DNA from: a virus
Lineage: Duplodnaviria; Caudoviricetes
Strand: one strand, 5' to 3'
IMG/VR virus record: IMGVR_UViG_3300021400_000057
Span: 1 to 64,000 of that record
DNA length: 64,000 bases
Shown: positions 1 through 9,600 of the stretch, in pieces
Numbering within the stretch: position 1 is the first letter of the stretch
How the letters are laid out: each line of letters opens with the position of its first letter
Notes under the pieces: generated by a model
Told to the model about the DNA's origin: nothing
Seen by the model: the letters and a program-made list of their open reading frames with translations, nothing else
The model's database searches: none
Made by a program: the position numbers and the translations under genes

Positions 1-2
1 TA

Positions 3-257
3 ATTAAGTTTAGGTTTATCCATGAGGAATCCGAGCGTATGAAAGATGATAAGTCGAAACGCTTGACCGAGGAATATCGCAGAGGTTGTATCACTGAAAA
101 CGAGTTCCGCTATCTGATGGGTTATGAACCTAATCCTGACCCGACGTATGCGAATATGACGTATCCCGAAAAGACTGCTCGTATCAATGTGGACTTAGGC
201 ATCGCTGGTGGCTTCAATGGCAATGGCGACATTAAGGACACAGCAGTTGATTCGTGA
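3..257 (+). CDS. Portal protein, C-terminal fragment (5' truncated by window)
   Basis: Frame is open back to the window edge (IKFRFIHEESERMKDDK...); GCITENEFRYLMGYEP resembles the portal G-x-x-T-x-N-E-x-R motif; lies upstream of the protease. Confidence 0.7.
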   Translation: MKFRFIHEESERMKDDKSKRLTEEYRRGCITENEFRYLMGYEPNPDPTYANMTYPEKTARINVDLGIAGGFNGNGDIKDTAVDS

Positions 258-447
258 TAATAAAGTGGCGGTGTCCGTAGGGCGAGACGTATCGGGCTTA
301 AATAAACGCAGTCCCGTAGCGGAGTGGTGTCCGAGTGGGTGAGAGTGTTAGCCGTCATTTTTATTGCAGTTCGCGGCTTTGCCGTTTACTGGTGTCCGTC
401 ATATATCATCGGACACATGATAAATATTTCGTTGTAAGGGGGTGATT

Positions 448-1485
448 ATGACGGACAAGGAAATTTTGAAATGTGGTTTGTCCGATATTAAGGTATCGAG
501 CGAACCTAACAAGATGGTGATTGAGGGGTGTATCACTAAGATTGGCAAGGCTTCTACTGGTGCGCCTTGCGGTTCTGATGGCTTGAAAGTTGTCTTTACC
601 CAAGAGGCGGTTGAGAAGTGTGCCAAGACTTTTGTTGGTATGCCGTTGAACTGCACCTTCCCCGATAGCTTCTGGGGAGGCATGGGTTCTGAGGTATTCA
701 CTGGACATGGGGATACGAACATTGGCTATATCCGTAAGGTGAAGTCAGTCGATGACAACCTTATGGCAGAGCTTGTTGTTTGGAAAGAGAAGTTCCCCGA
801 AGAAGCCTTTATGATTGTCAATGGCATGGATTCGTTGGGCTTCTCTGTTGAGTGGTACGCTACCAAGTATCACGATGAAAATGACTTGCGCTATATGGAT
901 GAGTTTGAAGGAATCGGTTGTGCGCTTCTGTGGAAGAACGTAGCGGCGTTCTCTGAAACCTTTATCTCGAAGTTGGCGGCAAGCAAGCAGAATAGGAGTG
1001 ATAGTATGACCGAGCAGGAAAAGAAAGAGATTCTGGATTCCGTGATGGATTCCGTACAGGAGAAGGTTGATGCCGCTGTCAAGGCGGGAATGGAACAGAT
1101 TACGGCGAAGTTCGACGAGCAGAACAAAGCCAATGAGGAAATCGTTGCAAGTTTTGAGGCGGCTACCAAAGCTCTTGCCGATAGCAAGGCCGAGCTTCAG
1201 GCATCGGTTGACAGTGCTATTGAGCTTTTGAAACAGGAAGCTGAGAAGAAAGAGGCGCTCGAAGCTGAGGCAGAGGCCGAGGAGCAGGAGGAAGATGCAG
1301 TCAAGCCGATGGAGGCTTCTGCGGAAGTGAAAGATATTCCTGCGCCCACGGCTACGCAGAGCGTCGTACCGAACCCGATTGTAAGCGCGGCTGACGAGAA
1401 GGCTCAGAAGATGAGCGAGATTCAGGCTTCGTCCATGACGGGCATCGAGAAGATTCGTGCTATTACGAAGCTCCGCTTCGCGTAA
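448..1485 (+). CDS. Prohead protease with C-terminal scaffold-like coiled region
   Basis: HK97-protease-like GHG and GFSVE motifs; acidic/Ala-rich helical C-terminus; RBS AAGGGGGT before ATG 448; directly precedes the capsid gene. Confidence 0.8.
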   Translation: MTDKEILKCGLSDIKVSSEPNKMVIEGCITKIGKASTGAPCGSDGLKVVFTQEAVEKCAKTFVGMPLNCTFPDSFWGGMGSEVFTGHGDTNIGYIRKVKSVDDNLMAELVVWKEKFPEEAFMIVNGMDSLGFSVEWYATKYHDENDLRYMDEFEGIGCALLWKNVAAFSETFISKLAASKQNRSDSMTEQEKKEILDSVMDSVQEKVDAAVKAGMEQITAKFDEQNKANEEIVASFEAATKALADSKAELQASVDSAIELLKQEAEKKEALEAEAEAEEQEEDAVKPMEASAEVKDIPAPTATQSVVPNPIVSAADEKAQKMSEIQASSMTGIEKIRAITKLRFA

Positions 1486-1521
1486 TACAAAGGCAATAAG
1501 CCAACGAAAGGATGATGTATA

Positions 1522-2574
1522 ATGGGAAACAAATGGAACGCTGTAATGGCAACTGATAACAAGGGGATGCTGGTCAAGGCGGCTACGAATCCCGTATCGG
1601 TCTACAATGAAGACCACATGATTGTCGTGGGTGACTACGACCATGTGTTGCATGATTATCTGAAACGCGACTTTGCGCTTGGCATTAAGGTGAACAGTGT
1701 CAAGGCTATCGGTTATCCGCACGTCTGGAATGAGCAGTTGAACATTCCTGAGAACACGGTTGCGATTGACCCGCAGGCTGGCTTCGGCACGAAGGAGAAT
1801 CCGTCCTACCGTCCGACCACGCTGAAGACGGATTACAACCGTGACAACTGGAAGACGGCTTTCTGCCGCGCCTATGCGACGGGCATTCGCTACGACTACT
1901 TCACTCGTGAAATGGAGAAGAACTACGGCACGTTTGAAGACCTGACGGCGAAGGACTACAACGATATGTTTGTGGATTTCACGCGCAAGACGGCTGACGA
2001 CTTCTGGAACGGCACTACGGCACTTGACGCTACCGATGCGTTCACTTACTGCGGCGTGCTTTCGCAGATTACGGATGTCAGTGCGATTTCCGATGACGTT
2101 ATGATTTCCGATGCTCTGAACACAAAGATGGCGAATCTGATGGCGCGTCTCGACTATACGGAACAGCCGAATGTTATCGCCATGAACCCGGCGACCTATG
2201 ACCTCTTGGTGAAAGAGGAGCAGAAGCGTGAGATTTATCAGCGCCCGGTTGAGGCTGAGATTCTGCCGGGTCAGAAAGTCACGGGCTTCTACACTCCGCT
2301 TGGCATCCTGCCGATTGTCCTCACTCCGTTCATCAAGCCCGATACGACCACTACGGCGGGTAAGACGATTCACAAGATTGTCGCCCTGAACACGTCCATG
2401 ATTGACCGTATCTGGATGTTCAACGATGGCCCGAAGGTCTTTGAGATTGCGAACCCCGAAATGCCGCTTGCTAACGAGCGCCTGCTTACGGATAAGTTCG
2501 TTCTCGACTTCGCCAACTATATCGTGCATGGAGCGCAGACGGGAGCACACTTCATTCTCACGAAGACGGTGTAA
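1522..2574 (+). CDS. Major capsid protein (HK97 fold)
   Basis: 350 aa, position after the protease, strong RBS, strongly biased GC-rich codon usage, P-domain-like VIAMNPATY and LPIVLTPFI segments. Confidence 0.88.
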   Translation: MGNKWNAVMATDNKGMLVKAATNPVSVYNEDHMIVVGDYDHVLHDYLKRDFALGIKVNSVKAIGYPHVWNEQLNIPENTVAIDPQAGFGTKENPSYRPTTLKTDYNRDNWKTAFCRAYATGIRYDYFTREMEKNYGTFEDLTAKDYNDMFVDFTRKTADDFWNGTTALDATDAFTYCGVLSQITDVSAISDDVMISDALNTKMANLMARLDYTEQPNVIAMNPATYDLLVKEEQKREIYQRPVEAEILPGQKVTGFYTPLGILPIVLTPFIKPDTTTTAGKTIHKIVALNTSMIDRIWMFNDGPKVFEIANPEMPLANERLLTDKFVLDFANYIVHGAQTGAHFILTKTV

Positions 2575-2587
2575 TAACCGTTAATAC

Positions 2588-2661
2588 AGGGGTATAGTTC
2601 AATGGAAGAACAGTAGTCTCCAAAACTATAAACGTGGGTTCGATTCCTTCTGCCCCTGCCA
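2588..2661 (+). tRNA. trnW: tRNA-Trp (CCA)
   Basis: Acceptor AGGGGTA/TGCCCCT, D-arm GTTC/GAAC, anticodon loop CTCCAAA, TTCGATT loop, encoded CCA end; one T-T mismatch in the T-stem. Confidence 0.92.
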
Positions 2662-2734
2662 AGACAATAGCTCATCTACCATGTGTAGAAGGAGTTTCGG
2701 AGGACGCGAAAGCGTTTTCTGCTTTAAGGGTTAG

Positions 2735-2769
2735 AGCCGCTGACCGATTGGTTGGCGGCTATTTTATTT
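2735..2769 (+). terminator. Intrinsic terminator after capsid gene and tRNA
   Basis: AGCCGCTGACC-GATT-GGTTGGCGGCT followed by ATTTTATTT. Confidence 0.65.
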
Positions 2770-2788
2770 GAGTAAGAGGGTGAGAATA

Positions 2789-3037
2789 GTGCCGAAGAAA
2801 CCGAAAGAAGTTGTGAAGCAGACTGATGAAGTCGCTGTCGAGAACGCTGTAGTCGAGAAGGAAACTCCAAAGGAGCAGAAGTCTACGGATAATTCGTATG
2901 ATGTTGCTCCTGCGTTCAAGAAGTACAACAGCTTTCTTCTGAGTGGGGGTGTCGTTATTCCTGTCATAGATGGGAAAGTTACGGTAGCCTCTAAAGAAAT
3001 TGTGTCGAAACTGCGGGAGGGTGGGTTTATCAAATGA
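2789..3037 (+). CDS. Small head-associated hypothetical protein
   Basis: GTG start with RBS; ATGA overlap with the next gene; position between capsid and adaptor. Confidence 0.7.
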   Translation: MPKKPKEVVKQTDEVAVENAVVEKETPKEQKSTDNSYDVAPAFKKYNSFLLSGGVVIPVIDGKVTVASKEIVSKLREGGFIK

Positions 3038-3600
3038 ATTACCTAACCGAAGAAGAAATCCCCGAATACTGCGGTTTGTTTATGGGTGTTACCTTAGACC
3101 ATGTTGAGGCGGCAAGCGTATTGATAGACGCATATAAGGGATGTTCCTTTGAGCCGCAAAAGCACATTGAAAAGGTAGAACTGAATTACAAACGCACGAC
3201 ACAAGAAAACAGAGGAAAGTTGGAGCATTTTCCGCGCATTGAAGTAATTTCCGTCAAAGCAAATCTGCAATCTCCGTTTGGATTGGAGAGAGTAGAGCTT
3301 GATACTCATTGTCTCGATTTTGACGATGATGAATCTCACTACTTCACATTTGTCATGCCGCGACAGTTGATGTTCCGTTCTATGCCAAAGAGTCTTATCG
3401 TGACATATACAAGTGGTTACGTTGTGCCGCCCGAACCGATTAAGAGGGCGTGCGGCATCCTTGCTGGTAACATTCAGCAGATGGGCGGCGTACTGCGGTG
3501 GAAGTCGCGTGATGACTACGATATTAAGGTTACGCTTGGCAACGAGGGTATCTTTTCCTCGGAAGTCAAAGCGATTCTTAGGGGCGTGAGTGTGCGATGA
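3034..3600 (+). CDS. Head-tail adaptor (gp6/gp15-like)
   Basis: N-terminal MNYLTEEE; VTYTSGY..PEPIKRACG motif typical of adaptors; gene order. Confidence 0.75.
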   Translation: MNYLTEEEIPEYCGLFMGVTLDHVEAASVLIDAYKGCSFEPQKHIEKVELNYKRTTQENRGKLEHFPRIEVISVKANLQSPFGLERVELDTHCLDFDDDESHYFTFVMPRQLMFRSMPKSLIVTYTSGYVVPPEPIKRACGILAGNIQQMGGVLRWKSRDDYDIKVTLGNEGIFSSEVKAILRGVSVR

Positions 3601-4157
3601 ATGTATTGGGCTTTTACAATGACAGGATTGAAGATATAGCCTTTCGAGATAAGGTTGAAAAAGGATTAGTTCTTCGCCGTGGCAAGACGGAACGTGCCAC
3701 AGTCATTGCTGACCACAAGATTATCGTCACATATTTAAGTACGGAAATCAGAAGCGGCGATGTCGTTGTTCGTGTATCCAGTGGCGAACGAATGTTAATC
3801 ATCGCAATGCAATACTCGGCAGACTGCGTACAGTTTCAAGGAAAGCGTGTAAATGCGGATGTTGAGATTGAACGCATTGTAGATGTGTTTCAGAACCACA
3901 AGAAAGTTGGAACGAAAACAGAAACCGTTGCCAGTAAGATTCCTGTCTTTTTCCAAGACATAAGTGCTGGCATGAAGATGTACGATGCAGGGTTACTTCC
4001 CAAGACGATTAAGAAGATTATTATGCAGGATGATACGCCTGTGAAGATTCTTGACCGTATTGTGTTACAAGGTAGGAACTACCAAATCGACAACATTGAC
4101 TCTGCAAAGTATATCAATCTGTTTGAAGTTCAGGTCAGTGAGGATACAAGGAAATGA
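3597..4157 (+). CDS. Head-closure / neck protein
   Basis: C-terminal LDRIVLQGRNYQIDNID beta-barrel motif; gene order; overlapping starts and stops. Confidence 0.6.
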   Translation: MNVLGFYNDRIEDIAFRDKVEKGLVLRRGKTERATVIADHKIIVTYLSTEIRSGDVVVRVSSGERMLIIAMQYSADCVQFQGKRVNADVEIERIVDVFQNHKKVGTKTETVASKIPVFFQDISAGMKMYDAGLLPKTIKKIIMQDDTPVKILDRIVLQGRNYQIDNIDSAKYINLFEVQVSEDTRK

Positions 4158-4735
4158 AAGCGAAGATTGCTTCTGTATTGAGGCAACTTGCGACAAAAGA
4201 AATGGCAGATGTGCGACGCGAGTGGGGTAAGTATAACGTAGACGGCAACGCTTCAATCAATTTCCACATTACCCAAAACACACCAGACCGCGTAGAAGGC
4301 GAGTATCGTGCACAGGGTATGAAGATGTGGACATTGGAATATGGTTCTGGTTCGCTAATGGACAAATCAAACCCCCTTCTCGAAAAGTACAAGAAAAGCG
4401 AAAAATATAATAAGGCTCGCGGTCAATCGCCTGTAAGCAAAAAGGACAAAGCACTTTATAACCCCGGAGGTACTGAAATTCGTACACGACCAAAAGGAAA
4501 GTATTTCGACCTTGACGGTGAGGAGCAACAAGGTTCTGGTCTTGGGTATAGTAAAGATTGGGAGTACGGACTTAACGCAGAACGCTTAAATCCACCTTAT
4601 GCTGTTACCCCTGTTGAACCACACCATATCATAAAGGATATAGTTCCTCGTAGAGACACTGTGCATAAGCAACAGTTCAGAGCCGACCTTGCGGCGTGTA
4701 TGGCTGAGTTCTTTAGAGGGGTGATGAATAAATGA
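4154..4735 (+). CDS. Tail-completion (HK97 gp10-like) protein
   Basis: LEYGSG motif; position in the neck cluster. Confidence 0.55.
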   Translation: MKAKIASVLRQLATKEMADVRREWGKYNVDGNASINFHITQNTPDRVEGEYRAQGMKMWTLEYGSGSLMDKSNPLLEKYKKSEKYNKARGQSPVSKKDKALYNPGGTEIRTRPKGKYFDLDGEEQQGSGLGYSKDWEYGLNAERLNPPYAVTPVEPHHIIKDIVPRRDTVHKQQFRADLAACMAEFFRGVMNK

Positions 4736-5133
4736 ATAGCTTTGATTACAGCGATACATTATGGGATATTTTCTCTAATGACCGTGAATTGGTTGAGCTA
4801 CTTGGCATTGACCTAGATGATGAAGGGTCTTACGCCTTAAAGCTCCGTCAAGAAGATGTTGTCCCCGAAGAATATGATGCTGACAATCTTCCGTTTGTAG
4901 CGTTTTATTTCTCCGAGGCTAACATAACCCGTAATGATTACATGAACAATGGACTACTTCGTATCGACATTTATAGTACAACAAGAGATGCTGTGAAGCA
5001 TATTCGTAAACGTATTGTTGAACTTGTCCATGAGAATGTCGATGAGAGGATTCGTTCAGAGGGACAGTATTCAAGCGGGATAAGAAATGTCTATAAATAT
5101 AGACTAGAGTTCACACCACTAATATTCACTTAA
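4732..5133 (+). CDS. Tail terminator protein
   Basis: 133 aa; LPFVAFY and LRIDIYS segments; immediately upstream of the tail tube gene. Confidence 0.65.
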   Translation: MNSFDYSDTLWDIFSNDRELVELLGIDLDDEGSYALKLRQEDVVPEEYDADNLPFVAFYFSEANITRNDYMNNGLLRIDIYSTTRDAVKHIRKRIVELVHENVDERIRSEGQYSSGIRNVYKYRLEFTPLIFT

Positions 5134-5150
5134 TGAAAGGATGATGTGTA

Positions 5151-5909
5151 ATGGATAACATCGTAAACAAGGGGCTTCTGCTCCACGGTATCGGCGCTGG
5201 CGTTTTGGAGACGGTTTCGGGTAAGGTTCTCGAAGTCACGACTGGTCAGAGCATGAAGATGGATGTAACGGCAACCACTGAGGACGTGTATGGCGGCGAC
5301 GGTCTGTTCCCCCTCTATACCTACATTTCCAAGAAAGAGGGTTCGATTCAGATTGAGGGCGCTGAGTTCTCGCTCTCGCAGTTGAACATCGCGCAGGATA
5401 CCGAGGTCACCACCACGGGCAACAAGCGTACCTATCGCGTACTCGTCACGAAGGATTCTACGAAGCTGTCCGACCTTACGCTTGCGGGTGTTGAGGTTAT
5501 CTCGATGATTGCCCCGGATGGACAGAAGGTTAAGGTTTCCGCTACGGCGACTGACGATGCTGTGTCGATTGACGCGACTGGTGCGATTACGATTGGCGCT
5601 GACGTGACGATGCAGAACGGCGAGTACGTTGTGTGGTTCAAGGCTGACAGCACCAATACGGTTTCGGCTTCGATGCTGAAGAACGCGATGCCGGAGGTTG
5701 CTTCCTTCAACTGGATGTTCAAGACTGAGGACAGTGCTGGCAACCACTACCAGATTGACATTTACGCACGCCGTACTCGTTGCGACGGTAAGTTCACCAT
5801 CGAGACGGCACGCGACAAGGCTTCTGTCCCGCAGTTGACGGTCAACATTCTTGACCCCGGCGATGGGCATGACGATTTCGCGGTCATCACGATTACGAAG
5901 CTCGACTAA
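5151..5909 (+). CDS. Major tail (tube) protein
   Basis: 252 aa, beta-rich, highly biased codons, same RBS context as the capsid gene (GAAAGGATGATGT-TAATG), precedes chaperone and TMP. Confidence 0.85.
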   Translation: MDNIVNKGLLLHGIGAGVLETVSGKVLEVTTGQSMKMDVTATTEDVYGGDGLFPLYTYISKKEGSIQIEGAEFSLSQLNIAQDTEVTTTGNKRTYRVLVTKDSTKLSDLTLAGVEVISMIAPDGQKVKVSATATDDAVSIDATGAITIGADVTMQNGEYVVWFKADSTNTVSASMLKNAMPEVASFNWMFKTEDSAGNHYQIDIYARRTRCDGKFTIETARDKASVPQLTVNILDPGDGHDDFAVITITKLD

Positions 5910-5988
5910 CAATCACGCTTAGGAAAACCCCTATGGGTTTTGGACGGCGCGTATCCTTTCGGGGGTATGCGCCTTAGTTTTTGAAAGG

Positions 5989-6022
5989 GCGGGGATGGGC
6001 TAACGCCTGTCCCCGTTTTTTT
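5989..6022 (+). terminator. Intrinsic terminator after tail tube gene
   Basis: GCGGGGATGGGC-TAAC-GCCTGTCCCCGT followed by a T tract. Confidence 0.75.
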
Positions 6023-6096
6023 GCTATTAAGAACCACGAATGAAGGTTTTTGGTTCTTATGTTTAGTTAAGAACCAAAATGAAGGAGGAAGTACAG

Positions 6097-6477
6097 GTGG
6101 ATAAGAGCGATTCTGTCAATACGATTGCTATGTATGAAACGGTCACGGATAGGTACAACAAGAAGCACAAAGTTTATTCGGTGCGGTTCAAAGATTTGCA
6201 GACAGTGACATCGTTCACTGAAAAATATAACCCTGATTACTTTGGAGAATATATGCTTGCCCCCGTTATCAACGAGGACGGCAATGTAGATATAGACAGC
6301 GAAGGAAACATCAACTATGACAATGGTTTCCATGATGACCTTATGGAAATTGTGCTGTTGGCGCTGGATAACCGCGAGACAAGGGAACAAGTCGAGGAAT
6401 GGCTTGACCTTGTGATTGCGCGTGAAATCATTTTGAAATTTCTTGGGCTGTCGCAATTCAAAAAAAAACCGATGTAA
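6097..6477 (+). CDS. Tail assembly chaperone (gpG-like)
   Basis: GTG 6097 with AAGGAGG RBS; between tube and TMP; ends at an A9 slippery run. Confidence 0.85.
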   Translation: MDKSDSVNTIAMYETVTDRYNKKHKVYSVRFKDLQTVTSFTEKYNPDYFGEYMLAPVINEDGNVDIDSEGNINYDNGFHDDLMEIVLLALDNRETREQVEEWLDLVIAREIILKFLGLSQFKKKPM

Positions 6478-6686
6478 AGGAACAGACATCATGGAATAGG
6501 CTCTTTGCTTCTTTGGTACAAAACACAAGTATGACCATGCGTGATATTGGTGACTTGCGTATTAACCAGATGGAAGGGCTACTCGAAGGATTGGCTGAAA
6601 ACGCAGAAGAAATGAAGCGAGAGCTTGATGGAGGGCATAAGACGTTGGAAGGTGATGACGCTATCAATGCGCTTCTCGGTTCGTAA
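6460..6686 (+). CDS. Tail chaperone -1 frameshift extension (gpT part of gpGT)
   Basis: A run 6460-6468; -1 frame is open from 6468 to TAA 6684-6686 (TDVKEQTSWNRLFASLVQNTSMT...NALLGS), filling the gap to the TMP RBS. Confidence 0.85.
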
Positions 6687-6698
6687 AGGAGTGATAGT

Positions 6699-9600
6699 AT
6701 GGCAGAGGACAACAATAACATTGAAACCTTATCATACAAGGTAAGCATTGACACAAGCGACGTTACTAAGGCAGAAGAAAGAATCCGTGGCTTAACAGAC
6801 GCTTCTAAAAATTTGAAGGAAGAATTTGGCAAATCTATTAAAACAGGGATTGATGTCGAGTCTGTTAAACAGAGTATTGCGGTTTACAAGCGACTTGGTG
6901 ACACAGCAAAGCAAACTGGTAATGACATCAAGAATATCGGTAGTACAGGTATAGGCAGACTTGCAGATGATATGAAGAATCTTAATAAGGCTATCGAACA
7001 AGTTAAGATGAATTATCAGGGCATAGAGAAACTTTTGCATGGATTGGATAAGGGCGGATTTGACAGGATTGCCCAAGAAGTCGATGGATGGATTGATAAT
7101 TATAAACGCAATGGTGGCGAAAAGAAGTTAATTTCCGTCCAAGAAATGATGAGAAGATATAGGAGTGGTGGTAGCTCGTCGAGGGGTTCTAAACAGGAAC
7201 AAGAATTTCGAGAGCAGTATATAACAAAAACTGTCGCAGAGATTTATAAATTGGGCGGGTCGCTTGAAAATATACAGCGCCTTGCAAGCAAGCCGATGTC
7301 ATTGAATGGTATTGACAAGTCAATTAGTAATATGCAAGCTCTTGGCAAGGCTACTGAAAGAGTAGCCGCGACATTTGAGAATCTTAAAAAAGCTATTGGC
7401 AACTTGGACACGAAGGGTGTTAATGCTCTTACCAAAGAAATGAGTCAGAATCTTAAAGCGCAGGGTGACGATTCCTTTGCTCAAATAATGAAAAACAAAG
7501 ATTTAACAAAGGATGACCGTGTTGATTATTTAGCTTTTGAAGCTGAGAATCTGTATAAGATGGGCGGTCAACTTAAATCTTTGCCGCAGTTCAATGACTC
7601 TGCTAAGTTGCCAGTCCAACCACAAGTTCAGCAGAAAGAGCAAGTACAGACACAACAACAGACAAAGGATTCGTCATGGATAAAAACTATTCAACATTCA
7701 AACGAAGCTCCTGAATCTGTTAGGAAGAATCATTGGCAGTTTTGGGAAAATGTTGGAATAGCTGAACGATTCGCACAGTCGAAAGGTAGACAGCTTACCA
7801 ATGATGAATTGAACAAAATATGGCAACAGACGTTTCACGAAATCAAGGCGGCTCATGGTACTCAGCACGCAGGGGGAGCGCATGAAACTGATAGAACGAG
7901 AGCTATAAAAGAGGTTCAAAGTTCTCAAAAAGAAGAAACGCAAAATATTGAGAAAGCTCGTAGGGTTATAGAAAATTATAAAGAGCAAGCTCAAAAATCT
8001 GCCGAGCAGATTAAGCAGAAAGAAGCTAGGGCTAATCAGATATTAAATAATCTTGAAAAGTGGCAAGCCGAATATAAGGCAACTATTACCAAGCAAAGCA
8101 AGGGTAAAGATAAAGCTCCTAAAGAATTATCTGAGGATGAGAGGCGAAAGTTGCTTGCCAAAGCAAGCGGTCATAAGATAGGTGAAAAGAATTATACAAA
8201 TACTATTAAACACCTTGAAGATAAATATAAGCCTCAAATTGATAACATTATTGGGCGTGACAAATATGATGCCGCTTCCGAGTCTGAGCAAATACAGATG
8301 CTTGCAAACATCGCTAAAGCCGAAAAGAAAATGAGAGACGACGAAAATAAGGTAAAGCGTGATACTCAGCGTGAACGGCGTGCGGCGGCGAAGCAAGAGA
8401 AGAAAGAGGCAGAAGCAAAAGCTGAAGCAGAAAGGAAAGCCGCAGAGGAGCAGATTCAAGCTCAACAGAAGACTACTGAGGCTTCTACGAAGTCGGCTAA
8501 TGAACAAGTTAAGGCACAAGAAAAAGTTGCCGAGGCTTCTACGAAGTCGGCTAATACACAAGTCAAGGCACAAGAGCAAGTTGCCAAAGCTAATAAGAAA
8601 ACTGTTACAAGTAAAGAGGCTGAAAGAGCGGCTAGAGAGAATTTAAGAAAAAAAATATATAGCTCTAGTGAAAGTCAGCTTGAAAAATATGACAAGATAA
8701 CAACCGATTTCCTTAATCAGAGAAAGGGTGCTGGTGCAAGTCTAGTGCAACGGCTTAGTTGGAGCAATACTGCTGACTTCCAACCGCCTCCGGGAACGCC
8801 TAAATGGGAACCTCCTCCAATGAAGGATGCCTTAGTAAGAAGGATACAGGAAGTACAGCGGTTAGGTGGCGTAATTGAAGGACTTAATGATAAGGAAGTT
8901 GAAAGCACTAAGAAAGCCGTCCAAGAGGCTAATGCAAAAGCGGAAGCTAATAAGAAAGCCGCAGAGGAGCAGATTCAAGCTCAACAGACGGTCACGCAGG
9001 ATTCTATTGATTCTGCAAATAAGCAAGTTAAAGCGCAGAAACAAGTTGCTAATGCTACTGAACAGGTGACTGAAAAGACGGCTAATGCTACTGGTAAAGG
9101 CAATGGGACTAAAAAACTTGCTGATGATATGCAGAGTTTTAGTCAAAAGACTGCGACGGCTAATGTAAGCGTTAAAGATTTGCAAGAGCGCATTAAGAAA
9201 ATGAGTAGCAAAGAAATTGATGAGCTTGCCGCAAAGGTAGATAAATTTAAGAATGATAATCGTAAGGAAGGTCAGGCACGCCCTCTTACTGTCGAAGAAC
9301 GGGCAAGATATGTGTCTGATTATGACCCGCCAAAGGGTTCGGATATGTGGTATGACAATAAGCGCGAAGTCCTCATTGATGATGTAAAGCAGATTGCAGA
9401 AATGAAGGGCGGCCTTGAAGCGTTAGGGGTTGCTTCTAAAGAGAGTGCGAATGAAGAAGTAAAGGCTACCGAAGAAGCAACCGAAAAGAAAACCAAGTCA
9501 AGGAAGAAAGCCGCTGAGGAAACTAAAGAATCCGCTAAAGAAGAAGCCCAAGCTGAAAAGAGTGCGGCTCAGGAGGGCGAGGAGGCCGCTAAAAAGTCTT

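Noticed and set aside
321-345. GGAGTGGTGTCCGAGTGG resembles a tRNA-Ser/Leu 5' end
   Set aside because: No anticodon arm, T-loop or acceptor complement follows.
745-2550. 601-aa antisense ORF (also 5130-5912 and 15162-16472)
   Set aside because: These are shadows of codon-biased sense genes (protease, capsid, tube, TMP), with no RBS or protein motifs.
2588-2661. Suppressor tRNA or stop-codon recoding
   Set aside because: The anticodon is CCA (standard Trp), and long genes are intact under the standard code using all three stops.
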